Below, one piece after another: positions 54,629 to 64,000 of a stretch of DNA of 64,000 nucleotides. The notes beneath the pieces are model-generated. The model worked only from the letters and a program-made list of their open reading frames with translations, did not search any database and had not been told where the DNA came from. Each line of letters starts with the position of its first letter. Position 1 is the first letter of the stretch. The position numbers and the translations under genes were made by a program. This DNA comes from Candidatus Dormiibacterota bacterium (GTDB lineage: Bacteria; Chloroflexota; Dormibacteria; Aeolococcales; Aeolococcaceae): the NCBI GenBank assembly GCA_036269455.1, contig DATARS010000117.1, forward strand, positions 260 through 64,259, given 5' to 3'.

Positions 54629-55828
54629 TCAGCCGAGCAGGCGGTGGGCCTGGAGGGCGAGCCAGAGGCGGTGGCGGACGGCCGGGTCGTCGAGGTCGGC
54701 GTCGAGCAGGGCGGCGATGCGGTCGAGCCGGTAGACCACGGTGTGGCGATGGACCCCGAGCCGGGCCGCGGCGTCGCCGAGGCTGCGGGCGCAGAGCACC
54801 GCCTCGAGAGTGCGGAGCTGCTCGGCGGCGCGCGGGCCGCCGTCGGCCATGGCGCCGAGGACACGGCCGACGTGGGCGCGGAGCGCCTCGCGATCGGCGT
54901 CGAGGGCGGCGAAGAGGCCGAGCTCGACGTCATCGTGGACGAGGTCGCCGGGCCGCAGGCGCCGCCCCACGTCGAGGACGCGGTGGGCGCGGCGGGCGGC
55001 GGCGGCGACCTCGTCGAGGCCGGCGGCGACGGGGCCGACCCCGATCACCAGCTCTCCCGGACCGAAGCCGGACATCGCCTGCGCCCCGGCGCGCGCCAGG
55101 CCGTCGACCGCGGCCTCGCCGTCGACCAGCGCCGTCCAGACGCCGGGGTCGGCGACGACGAGCAGGGCGCGGGCGGAGCGCCAGGCGGAGCCGAGCAGGC
55201 GGTCGGCGTCGGCGCCGGGGGGCACCGAGCAGGCGAGCAGCCGGTAGGGGGGACGCAGCTCGAGGTCGCAGGCAGCGGCGAGACGGCGCAGCTCGGCCGA
55301 GGCGTCGCCGGCGAGGAGGCGGCCGAGGACGCGGTCGCGGTCGCGGTCGCGCTGGCGCACCAGCCGCTCGCGGGTCTCGAGGTAGGCGCCCCCGACCGCC
55401 CCGCTGATCTCGTCGAGGTACTCGAGGACCTCCTCGCTGAGCGCCACCACCGTCTCCGGGGGCAGTCCGCCCATCCGGGTGGCGGCGTCGACCACCTCGC
55501 GCCAGACCACCTTGGCGGCGAGCCGGTAGCCGCGGAGCAGCACCTCGAGGGGGACGCCGAGCTCGGCCTGCTGGGCGCCGGCGAGCCCGAGGGTGGCGAG
55601 CTCGGTGGGGTGGGGCCGGCGGCCGTCGTGGAGCTGGCGGAGCAGGGCGTGGAGGCCGTCGCGGCAGGCGGCGACGATCGCCCGGAGGTAGCGGAGGCGG
55701 CCGAACTCGGGGGGCAGCTCCAGCTCCTCGCTGAGCCGGCGGGCAAGGCGGTGGGCGATCTCGTCCGACGAGGCGAGCAGGGTGGCGCTGACCTCGGCGG
55801 GGAGCCGGGGCGCCTCGGGCACACTCAC
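54629..55828 (-). CDS. PucR/CdaR-family transcriptional regulator
   Basis: C-terminal PucR HTH: AAARLGVHRHTVVYRLDRIAALLDADLDDPAVRHRLWLAL; GGDEF-like middle domain. Confidence 0.8.
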   Translation of the reverse strand: MSVPEAPRLPAEVSATLLASSDEIAHRLARRLSEELELPPEFGRLRYLRAIVAACRDGLHALLRQLHDGRRPHPTELATLGLAGAQQAELGVPLEVLLRGYRLAAKVVWREVVDAATRMGGLPPETVVALSEEVLEYLDEISGAVGGAYLETRERLVRQRDRDRDRVLGRLLAGDASAELRRLAAACDLELRPPYRLLACSVPPGADADRLLGSAWRSARALLVVADPGVWTALVDGEAAVDGLARAGAQAMSGFGPGELVIGVGPVAAGLDEVAAAARRAHRVLDVGRRLRPGDLVHDDVELGLFAALDADREALRAHVGRVLGAMADGGPRAAEQLRTLEAVLCARSLGDAAARLGVHRHTVVYRLDRIAALLDADLDDPAVRHRLWLALQAHRLLG

Positions 55829-55925
55829 CCCTTAACCATATGGTCACGGTGGCCAAAAATGGGGGCTCCAGCCGTGGGTCCGGGCCGATGACTTGGCCGG
55901 GGTGTAGAAGGGACAATTTCTGACG

Positions 55926-56720
55926 ATGTTGTATAACGAACTCTTCGACCGCCTCGAGCGGGCCCGGTGGCAGCTGCGCACCGATATCCCCTTCGACGAG
56001 ATCGATCGCTCGAAGGTGAGCGATCAGTGGATCCACGACCTGCGCCAGGTCTGCCTGACCGAGCTGAGCGCGCTGTACGCCACCGAGATGTTCCTCCGCG
56101 ACTTCTACGCGGACATCGACTTCTGCAGCTTCGTCTCGATCTGGTTCTACGAGGAGATGAAGCACTACCTCACGCTGCGGCGCTACCTCGAGCACCTCGG
56201 CCAGGAGTTCGACGACGAGGGCGAGCTGCCCCGGCTGCGGCTGACCTTCGCCGAGGGCCCGGCGATCGAGACGCTGACCATGCACTTCGTCGGCGAGCAG
56301 CGCCTCGCCCACTGGTACACGGCGTTCAGCAACCAGGCGCCCGAGCCGGTGCTGGGGCTCATCTTCAAGACCCTCGCCTCCGACGAGCTGCGCCACGCCG
56401 CGTGCTACGCGAGCTACCTGCGCAAGGCCGTCAAGAACCGGCCCGACTGCCTCCCCGACATCCTGCGGATGGCGCTGTGGATGCTCCGCACCACCAACGA
56501 TGCGCCCAAGCATCCGACCGCCATCACCGTGCCCTCGGTCGTCTCCAAGCTCGAGGACCCGGAGTACGTCCAGCGCATGCTCAACCTGTACCTTCCCGGT
56601 CGCGACCACGAGGCCCCGGTGCAGCGGAGGGTGCTGGCGGTGATGTCGGAGCTCGCTGGCGAGCGCATCGAGACCATGCGCGACCTGCCGGCGCTGATCC
56701 GCGGCGCCGCGGTGGCGTGA
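55926..56720 (+). CDS. ferritin-like di-iron carboxylate protein (acyl-ACP-desaturase-like fold)
   Basis: Two E-x-x-H motifs on predicted helices (FYEEMKHYLTL and ASDELRHAACY) plus upstream acidic ligands (ATEMF, HFVGEQRL); divergent from the PucR gene. Confidence 0.55.
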   Translation: MLYNELFDRLERARWQLRTDIPFDEIDRSKVSDQWIHDLRQVCLTELSALYATEMFLRDFYADIDFCSFVSIWFYEEMKHYLTLRRYLEHLGQEFDDEGELPRLRLTFAEGPAIETLTMHFVGEQRLAHWYTAFSNQAPEPVLGLIFKTLASDELRHAACYASYLRKAVKNRPDCLPDILRMALWMLRTTNDAPKHPTAITVPSVVSKLEDPEYVQRMLNLYLPGRDHEAPVQRRVLAVMSELAGERIETMRDLPALIRGAAVA

Positions 56721-56744
56721 GCCGGGCCGGATCCGGGGCGCTCC

Positions 56745-56750
56745 TATAAT
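56745..56750 (+). promoter_or_regulatory. consensus -10 hexamer TATAAT 6 nt upstream of the acyP ATG (leaderless-transcript candidate)
   Basis: ctccTATAATcgggccATG; no canonical -35 seen. Confidence 0.35.
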
Positions 56751-56756
56751 CGGGCC

Positions 56757-57041
56757 ATGACCGAGCCCCGCGTCCGCGTTCGCGCCCGGGTGCGCGGGCG
56801 GGTGCAGGCGGTCGGCTTTCGCGCCTACGTCCTCCACCACGCCTCCCAGCTCGAGCTCGGCGGGACCGTCGCCAACCGGCCGGACGGGACCGTCGAGTGC
56901 GTCGCCGAGGGCCCGGGCCCGGCGGTGGACACGCTGGTGAGGCGGCTCCACCGCGGACCCCTGGCCGCTCGCGTCGAGAGCGTCGAGGTCACCCCCGAGT
57001 CGCCTCGGGGAGAGCGGGCGCCGATGCGGGTGACGAGGTGA
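56757..57041 (+). CDS. acyP: acylphosphatase
   Basis: VRGRVQAVGFRAY signature (V-x-G-x-V-Q-G-V-x-F-R), and GTVANRPDGTVECVAEG. Confidence 0.85.
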   Translation: MTEPRVRVRARVRGRVQAVGFRAYVLHHASQLELGGTVANRPDGTVECVAEGPGPAVDTLVRRLHRGPLAARVESVEVTPESPRGERAPMRVTR

Positions 57042-57043
57042 CG

Positions 57044-58228
57044 ATGCGCTTCGCCGAGCGCATGTCGCGCCTGGGCACGGAGGGGGCGTTCGAGGTCCTG
57101 GCCCAGGCTCGGATGCTCGAGGCCCGCGGCCGCGACATCGTCCACCTGGAGATCGGCGAGCCCGACTTCGAGACCCCGCCGAACATCGTCGACGCGGCGG
57201 TGCGGGCGATGCGCGCCGGCCACACCCACTACACCCCGGCGAGCGGGATCATGGAGGTGCGCGAGGCGGTGGCGCGCTCGGTGAGCCTGACCACCGGCGT
57301 CGACACCTCGCCGCTCAGCGTGGTTCTCACCCCCGGCAGCAAGAACATCATCCACTTCGCCCTGCTCACCCTGGTCGAGCCGGGCGACGAGGTGCTGGTC
57401 CCCGATCCCGGCTATCCCAACTACGCGTCGCTGACCAACTTCACCGGCGCGGTGCCGGTGCCGGTGCCGATGCGTGAGGAGCGCGGCTTCCGCCTCGACG
57501 TCGACGAGCTGCGCTCGCTGGTCACCGACCGCACCCGGATGATCATCATCAACACCCCCGCCAACCCCACCGGCGGCTGCCTGACCGCGGCCGATGTGAG
57601 CGCCATCGCCGAGCTCGCGATCGAGCGCGACCTCACGGTGCTGAGCGACGAGCTCTACTGGCGGCTGATCTACGAGGGCGAGCACGTGTCGCCGTACTCG
57701 ATCCCCGGGATGGCGGAGCGCACCGTGCTCATCGACGGCCTGAGCAAGGCGTGGGCGATGTGCGGCTGGCGGCTGGGCATGGGCGTGATGCCCGTCGAGC
57801 TCGCCCGGCGCATGGACACGCTGATGATCAACACCTCGTCGTGCGCCGCGTCGTTCACCCAGCTGGCGGCGGTCGAGGCGATCGAGTCGCCGCTCTCCGA
57901 CGCCGCCGTGGACGCCATGCGCGAGGAGTTCCGCACCCGACGCGACCTCGTCGTCGACGGTCTCAACCGCATCCCGGGGATGCACTGCCACCGTCCGGCG
58001 GGCGCCTTCTACGTCTTCCCCAACATCACTGGCACCGGCTGGGACGAGCGCGAGCTCGCCCACGCGCTGCTCCACGAGGCCGGGGTCGCGGTGCTCCCCG
58101 GCACGGCGTTCGGCGCCCATGGCGCCGGGTTCCTGCGGCTGTCGTACGCCAACTCGGTGCCCAACCTCGAGCGGGCCCTGGAGCGCATCGCCGTGCACCT
58201 CGCCGCCGCCGAGCCCGCGGCGTCGTAG
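57044..58228 (+). CDS. PLP-dependent aminotransferase, class I (aspartate/aromatic aminotransferase-like)
   Basis: PLP-Lys block GLSKAWAMCGWRLG, INTPANPTG, LSDELY; 3-nt gap after acyP and 7-nt gap before trpE. Confidence 0.88.
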   Translation: MRFAERMSRLGTEGAFEVLAQARMLEARGRDIVHLEIGEPDFETPPNIVDAAVRAMRAGHTHYTPASGIMEVREAVARSVSLTTGVDTSPLSVVLTPGSKNIIHFALLTLVEPGDEVLVPDPGYPNYASLTNFTGAVPVPVPMREERGFRLDVDELRSLVTDRTRMIIINTPANPTGGCLTAADVSAIAELAIERDLTVLSDELYWRLIYEGEHVSPYSIPGMAERTVLIDGLSKAWAMCGWRLGMGVMPVELARRMDTLMINTSSCAASFTQLAAVEAIESPLSDAAVDAMREEFRTRRDLVVDGLNRIPGMHCHRPAGAFYVFPNITGTGWDERELAHALLHEAGVAVLPGTAFGAHGAGFLRLSYANSVPNLERALERIAVHLAAAEPAAS

Positions 58229-58235
58229 CCCCAGC

Positions 58236-59759
58236 GTGTCCTCGCCCCCGGCGGTGACCACCGCACCCAGCTGCCGGCCGTCCCTCGAGGCGGTGCGCGC
58301 CCTCGCCTCCGGCCACGACCTGGTGCCGGTGGTGAGTGAGCTGCTCGCCGACTGCGACACCCCGGTGAGCGCCTTCCTGCGCCTGGAGGAGGAGGGGGCG
58401 TTCCTCCTCGAGTCCGTCGAGGGCGGCGAGCGCCTCGCCCGCTACTCCTTCCTCGCCGCCACGCCGGTGGCGACGATCGCGCTGGAGGACGGCGTGGCCA
58501 CCGTCACCGGGCCGGAGGGCACCCGCACCGAGCCCTACACCGATCCCCTGGAGGTGATCGGTCGCTCGGTCTCGGGGCTGCGGGTGGCGCCGCTCGAGGG
58601 CCTCGACGTGCCCTTCCGCGGCGGCGCCGTCGGCTTCCTCGCCTACGAGGCGGCGACCCGCTTCGAGCGCGTTCCCGTGGCCCCGCGCGACGCCCTCGGC
58701 GTCCCCCACGGCTGGTTCGCGGTGGTCGACACCGTGATCGTCTTCGACCACGCGCTCCACCGCATGCTGCTCATCACCCACGCCCGCACCGCCCCCGGCG
58801 CCGACGTCGACGCCGCCTACGCCGACGCGGTGCGCCGTCTCGGCGAGCTGCGCGACCGGCTGCGTCGGCCGCTGCCCCCGCCGGCGCCGCTGCCGGCCGA
58901 GCCCGCGACCGTGCCCGACCGCGAGTCGATCGCCAACCTCAGCCGCGACGACTTCGTGCACAGCGTGCAGCGGTGCAGCGAGTACATCCTCGCCGGCGAC
59001 ATCTTCCAGGTGCAGATCGGGCGCCGCTTCGCGCTGCCGCTGCGGGTCCCACCCTTCGACCTCTACCGGGCACTGCGCTCGATCAATCCCAGCCCCTACA
59101 TGTTCTTCCTGCCCACGCCGTCCTGCGCGGTGGTGGGGGCGTCGCCGGAGATGCTGGTGCGCGTCACCGGCAGCGACGTCGAGTACCACCCCATCGCCGG
59201 CACCCGGCGCCGCGGCTCGACCCCCGAGCGCGACCTCGACCTCGAGCGCCAGCTGCGCGAGAGCGAGAAGGAGCGCGCCGAGCACCTGATGCTCGTCGAC
59301 CTCGGCCGCAACGACCTCGGCCGGGTGTGCACCACCGGGAGCGTGCGTGTCACCGAGTTCATGGAGGTCGAGCGCTACTCCCACGTCATGCACCTGGTGA
59401 GCACCATCACCGGCACCCTCCGCGACGACCTGACGGCGCTCGACGCGCTGCGCGCGTGCTTTCCCGCCGGCACCGTCACCGGCGCCCCCAAGGTGCGGGC
59501 GATGCAGATCATCGCCGAGCAGGAGCCCGAGACCCGAGGGGTCTATGCCGGGGCGGTGGGCTACCTTGCCTTCGGCGGCAACCTCGACACCGCCATCGCG
59601 CTGCGCACCCTGGTGGTGCGCGACGGCGTCGCCTACGCCCAGGCCTCGGCCGGGATCGTCGCCGACTCCGATCCCCACGAGGAGGCGCTGGAGATCGACA
59701 ACAAGGTGGCGGCGCTGCTCGCCGCGGTCGAGCGCGCCAACCAGGGGCTGGGCGGGTGA
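58236..59759 (+). CDS. trpE: anthranilate synthase component I
   Basis: Trp-inhibition motif LLESVEGG...SF, chorismate-binding blocks GDIFQVQIG, SPEMLVRV, AGTRRRG, GAVGYLAFGGNLDTAIALRT. Confidence 0.92.
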   Translation: MSSPPAVTTAPSCRPSLEAVRALASGHDLVPVVSELLADCDTPVSAFLRLEEEGAFLLESVEGGERLARYSFLAATPVATIALEDGVATVTGPEGTRTEPYTDPLEVIGRSVSGLRVAPLEGLDVPFRGGAVGFLAYEAATRFERVPVAPRDALGVPHGWFAVVDTVIVFDHALHRMLLITHARTAPGADVDAAYADAVRRLGELRDRLRRPLPPPAPLPAEPATVPDRESIANLSRDDFVHSVQRCSEYILAGDIFQVQIGRRFALPLRVPPFDLYRALRSINPSPYMFFLPTPSCAVVGASPEMLVRVTGSDVEYHPIAGTRRRGSTPERDLDLERQLRESEKERAEHLMLVDLGRNDLGRVCTTGSVRVTEFMEVERYSHVMHLVSTITGTLRDDLTALDALRACFPAGTVTGAPKVRAMQIIAEQEPETRGVYAGAVGYLAFGGNLDTAIALRTLVVRDGVAYAQASAGIVADSDPHEEALEIDNKVAALLAAVERANQGLGG

Positions 59760-60373
59760 GCGCCGATCTCCGCGGGGTTGTGGCCGTGGTCGACAACTAC
59801 GACTCCTTCACCTACAACCTGGTGCAGTACCTCGGCGAGCTCGGCGCCGCGACCGCGGTCTTCCGCAACGACGCCGTCGCCGCGGCGGAGCTCGCCGAGA
59901 TGGGGCCGGCCGCGGTGGTGATCTCCCCGGGGCCGTGCGACCCCGACCAGGCGGGCATCTCCCTCGAGACCGTCGCCCTCCTGGGTGCGACCACCCCGCT
60001 GCTCGGCGTCTGCCTCGGCCATCAGGCCGTCGGCCAGGCGTATGGTGGGATGGTGGTGCGCGCCCCGCAGGTGATGCACGGGAAGGTGAGCGAGATCCAT
60101 CACGACGGCGCCGGTGTGCTCGAGGGCCTGCCCCGCCCCTTCGGGGCCACCCGATACCACTCCCTCGTGGTCGAGCGGGACTCGGTGCCGGCCTGCCTGG
60201 AGGTCACCGCCTGGACGGCCGGCGGGCTGGTGATGGGCCTGCGGCACCGCGAGCACCCCGTCGAGGGCGTCCAGTTCCACCCCGAGTCGATCGCCACCGG
60301 CTGCGGCCACGACCTGCTCCGCAACTTCCTGCGCCGGGCGGGGGTGCCGCGCACCGCGGAGCTCATCGGATGA
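59756..60373 (+). CDS. trpG: anthranilate synthase component II (glutamine amidotransferase)
   Basis: GTGA overlap; catalytic triad blocks LGVCLGHQA, VQFHPES. Confidence 0.92.
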   Translation: MSADLRGVVAVVDNYDSFTYNLVQYLGELGAATAVFRNDAVAAAELAEMGPAAVVISPGPCDPDQAGISLETVALLGATTPLLGVCLGHQAVGQAYGGMVVRAPQVMHGKVSEIHHDGAGVLEGLPRPFGATRYHSLVVERDSVPACLEVTAWTAGGLVMGLRHREHPVEGVQFHPESIATGCGHDLLRNFLRRAGVPRTAELIG

Positions 60374-61173
60374 GCCGGCTCGGCGCCCTGGAGCCGATCG
60401 TCGCGCGCAAGCACGCCGAGGTCGAGGCGCTGCGCCCCCGCGCCGCCGAGCTCTGGGCTGCCGCCCTCGCGGCGCCGCCGGTGCGCCCGCTGGCGCCGGC
60501 GCTGCGCGGCGGCGGCATCGTCGCCGAGATGAAGCGGCGCTCCCCCAGCGGAGGGGTGCTCCGCGCCGAGCTCGACTGCGCCGCAACCGCCCGGGGCTAT
60601 GCGGACGCGGGCGCCGCCGGGCTCTCGGTGCTCACCGACGGACCGTCCTTCGGCGGCTCGCTCGACGACCTCGCCGCCGCCCGCGGCGCCTGCGCCCTGC
60701 CGGTGTTGCGCAAGGATTTCGTCGTCGACCCGCTGCAGGTCGCCGAGGCCCGAGCCGCCGGCGCCGACGCGGTGCTGCTCATCGTCGCGGTGCTCGGACC
60801 GGCGGGCGTCGACGAGTGTCTCGAGGCGGCGGCGCGCTGCGGCATCGCCGCCCTGGTCGAGGCCCACGAGGCCGAGGAGGTGGCGATCGCGGTCGCCGCC
60901 GACGCCGCCCTGGTGGGCATCAACAACCGAGACCTGCGCACCCTGCGCACCGACCTCGGCACCTTCGCGCGGCTGCGCACGCTCGTTCCCGCCGAGACCG
61001 TCTGCATCGCCGAGTCGGGGGTGGCGGACGCCGCGGACGCCGCCCGGCTGGTCGCCGAGGGCGCCGACGCGGTGCTCTGCGGCGAGGCGCTGATGCGCGC
61101 CGGCGAGCCCGCCGGACGCTGTGCCGAGTTCGTCGCCGCCGCCCGGGCGGCGGCCCTGGAGCGGGCGCGGTGA
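60370..61173 (+). CDS. trpC: indole-3-glycerol-phosphate synthase
   Basis: ATGA overlap; [23 protein letters not shown]. Confidence 0.9.
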   Translation: MSRLGALEPIVARKHAEVEALRPRAAELWAAALAAPPVRPLAPALRGGGIVAEMKRRSPSGGVLRAELDCAATARGYADAGAAGLSVLTDGPSFGGSLDDLAAARGACALPVLRKDFVVDPLQVAEARAAGADAVLLIVAVLGPAGVDECLEAAARCGIAALVEAHEAEEVAIAVAADAALVGINNRDLRTLRTDLGTFARLRTLVPAETVCIAESGVADAADAARLVAEGADAVLCGEALMRAGEPAGRCAEFVAAARAAALERAR

Positions 61174-61828
61174 TCGTCAAGGTCTGCGGGGTGCGCACCG
61201 CCGAGGTCGCCGACGCCGCCGTCGAGGCCGGCGCCGACATGATCGGGCTGGTCTTCGTCGAGCGCAGCCCGCGCAACGCCGGCGACCGCGAAGCCGACGC
61301 GGTGCGCGAGGCGGTGGCCGGGCGCGCCGACCTCGTCGGGGTGCTCGTCGAGCCCTCTGCGGAGCTCTGCGACCGGCTCGCCCGGCGCCACCGGCTCGCC
61401 GCCGTGCAGCTCCACGGCGAGGTCGACCCCCTGGTGGTCACCCGGGTGTCGGTGCCGGTGATCCGCGCGCTCAACGCCCGCTGCGCCGCCGAGGCGTACA
61501 CCGACGGCTGGTGGCCGGCCGCGCTGCTGCTGCTCGACTCCGCCCCCGACGACTCCGCGGCGCTCCCCGGCGGCACCGGGCGGCTGCTGCCCCGCGAGTG
61601 GGCCGCGCAGGTCGCCCGCCACCGGCCGGTGATCCTCGCCGGCGGCCTGGGGCCGGACGGCGTCGCCGACGCCATCGCCGCGGTGCGGCCGCGGGGCGTC
61701 GACGCCTCCAGCAGCCTGGAGAGCGCCCCCGGGGTCAAGGACGCCGCGCTGGTCCGCGCCTACGTGCGCACCGCCCGCGCCGCCTTCGACCTGCTCGGCG
61801 CCGCCCCGGCGGCGGCGGGGGAGGGGCG

Positions 61829-61832
<4 letters not shown>
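61170..61832 (+). CDS. trpF: phosphoribosylanthranilate isomerase
   Basis: GTGA overlap; VKVCGVRT...GADMIGLVF...QLHG...LLDS...GGTG...ILAGGL. Confidence 0.88.
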
Positions 61833-63009
<1,177 letters not shown>

Positions 63010-63013
<4 letters not shown>

Positions 63014-63819
63014 ACGTGACCACTCCCGCCTCGCGGCTCGCCGGGGCCTTCGCGCGGCGGGACCCGGCCGGGCCGCCGGGGCTGATTCCCTACGTCACCG
63101 CGGGAGTCCCCCGCACCGGCGACACCCCCGCGCTGCTCGCCGCCGTCGAGCGCGCCGGCTGCCTCGCCGCCGAGGTGGGCATCCCCTTCAGCGACCCGCT
63201 CGCCGACGGTCCGACGATCCAGCGCGCCTCGCAGCGGTCGCTCGCCAACGGCACCACCGTCGCCACCGCTCTCGCCGCGGTCGCCGAGGCGCGCCAGCGT
63301 GGGCTCACCATCCCGCTGGCGCTGATGACCTATGTCAACCCGGTCCTCGCCTTCGGGCTGGAGCGCTTCTGCGCCGAGGCGGCCGCGGCGGGGGCCGAGG
63401 CGGTGATCGTCCCCGACCTCCCCGACGACGAGGCGGCGCAGCTGCGCGAGGCGGCGGACGGAGCCGGGCTTGCCCTAATCTTGCTCGTCGCACCCACCAC
63501 CACGCCGGCCAGGCTCGAGGCCGCGTGCCACCGGGCGACCGGCTTCGTCTACTGCGTCAGCGTCACCGGGACCACCGGGGCGCGCGCCCACATCTCCCAG
63601 GAGGCGTTGGACCTGCTCATGCGCGTCCGGGCCGTCACCAGCCTGCCTCGCGCCCTCGGCTTCGGGCTCTCGCGGCACGAGCACATCCGCGCCCTGCGCG
63701 GCCGCGCCGAGGCCGCGGTGGTGGGTGCGGCGCTCATCGACCGCATCGCCGCCGCCCCGGACGCGCCGGTCGCCGCCGCCGAGCGCTTCCTGCACGAGAT
63801 GCTGGGGACCGGGTCGTGA
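63010..63819 (+). CDS. trpA: tryptophan synthase alpha chain
   Basis: GTGA overlap; [30 protein letters not shown]. Confidence 0.92.
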
Positions 63820-64000
63820 CCACGGCGGTGCGCGGGCTGCGCGGCGCCACCACGGTGGACGCCGACGACTCCGCGGCGGTGGTCGAGGCCACGCGGGAGA
63901 TGCTGGCCGCGCTCATCGAGGCCAACGGCATCGACCCCGACCAGGTGGCGGGGTGCTGGTTCACCGCCTCGCCCGACCTCCACAGCGAGTTCCCCGCGGT
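63816..64000 (+). CDS. aroH: AroH-class monofunctional chorismate mutase (3' partial at window end)
   Basis: GTGA overlap with trpA; VRGLRGATTVDADDSAAVVEATREMLAALIEANGI...WFTASPDLHSEFPA matches the AroH-type N-terminus (RGIRGAITV...). Confidence 0.75.
   Translation, partial: MTTAVRGLRGATTVDADDSAAVVEATREMLAALIEANGIDPDQVAGCWFTASPDLHSEFPA

Noticed and set aside
54644-56951. 54930..56951 minus (673 aa) and 54644..55891 plus ORFs over the PucR and ferritin-like genes
   Set aside because: Antisense or alternate-frame artefacts.
58026-59678. 550-aa minus-strand ORF antisense to trpE
   Set aside because: Antisense to a gene with unmistakable TrpE motifs.
59756-60373. Checked whether trpD is hidden between trpG and trpC (frameshift or fusion)
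   Set aside because: trpG (206 aa) and trpC start and stop overlap by 4 nt; there is no room or remnant of an anthranilate phosphoribosyltransferase.

Overview
High-GC (about 72%) actinobacterial-type chromosomal segment, densely coding, with many 1- to 4-nt start/stop overlaps indicating operons. Left to right: a LAL (MalT/LuxR-type) regulator divergent from an XylM/AlkB-like membrane di-iron hydroxylase plus XylA-like ferredoxin-FNR reductase, and a serine hydrolase. A four-gene unit follows: BioD/CobQ(DUF1611)-like P-loop protein, cytoplasmic thermolysin-like HExxH protein, ABC exporter, SMPI/I36-like secreted Cys protein. Then TetR, UbiB kinase, USP, an MMPL transporter with a large C-terminal extra domain, a mycofactocin-type SDR, two tandem GT-C (PMT/ArnT-like) glycosyltransferases, lepB, an orphan receiver, a SAM-MTase coupled to a YgjP/DUF45-like HExxH hydrolase, a tRNA-Leu(UAA), a small accessory patch (DinB/DUF664, hypotheticals, Cys-rich mini-ORF, MerB-like lyase, VOC), a cobalamin riboswitch driving cbtB-cbtA, a 2OG-Fe oxygenase, a choice-of-anchor-D secreted protein, murI, polyprenyl synthase, EEP nuclease-fold protein, MTAP, a DnaQ-like exonuclease, a tetrapyrrole cluster (sirC-hemA-hemC-cobA/hemD-hemB-PPIase-hemL), tatA/tatC, an ECF sigma/anti-sigma(Rieske-Tat)/cupredoxin/His-Gly-Cys-rich lipoprotein module, rdgB, rph, an S1 protease, trxB, a PduO-type adenosyltransferase, PucR divergent from a ferritin-like di-iron protein, and acyP-aminotransferase-trpEGCFBA-aroH (no trpD). 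No rRNA, CRISPR array, transposase or integrase was seen. Many long ORFs in the six-frame track are GC-driven artefacts in alternate frames or on the opposite strand and were not called.
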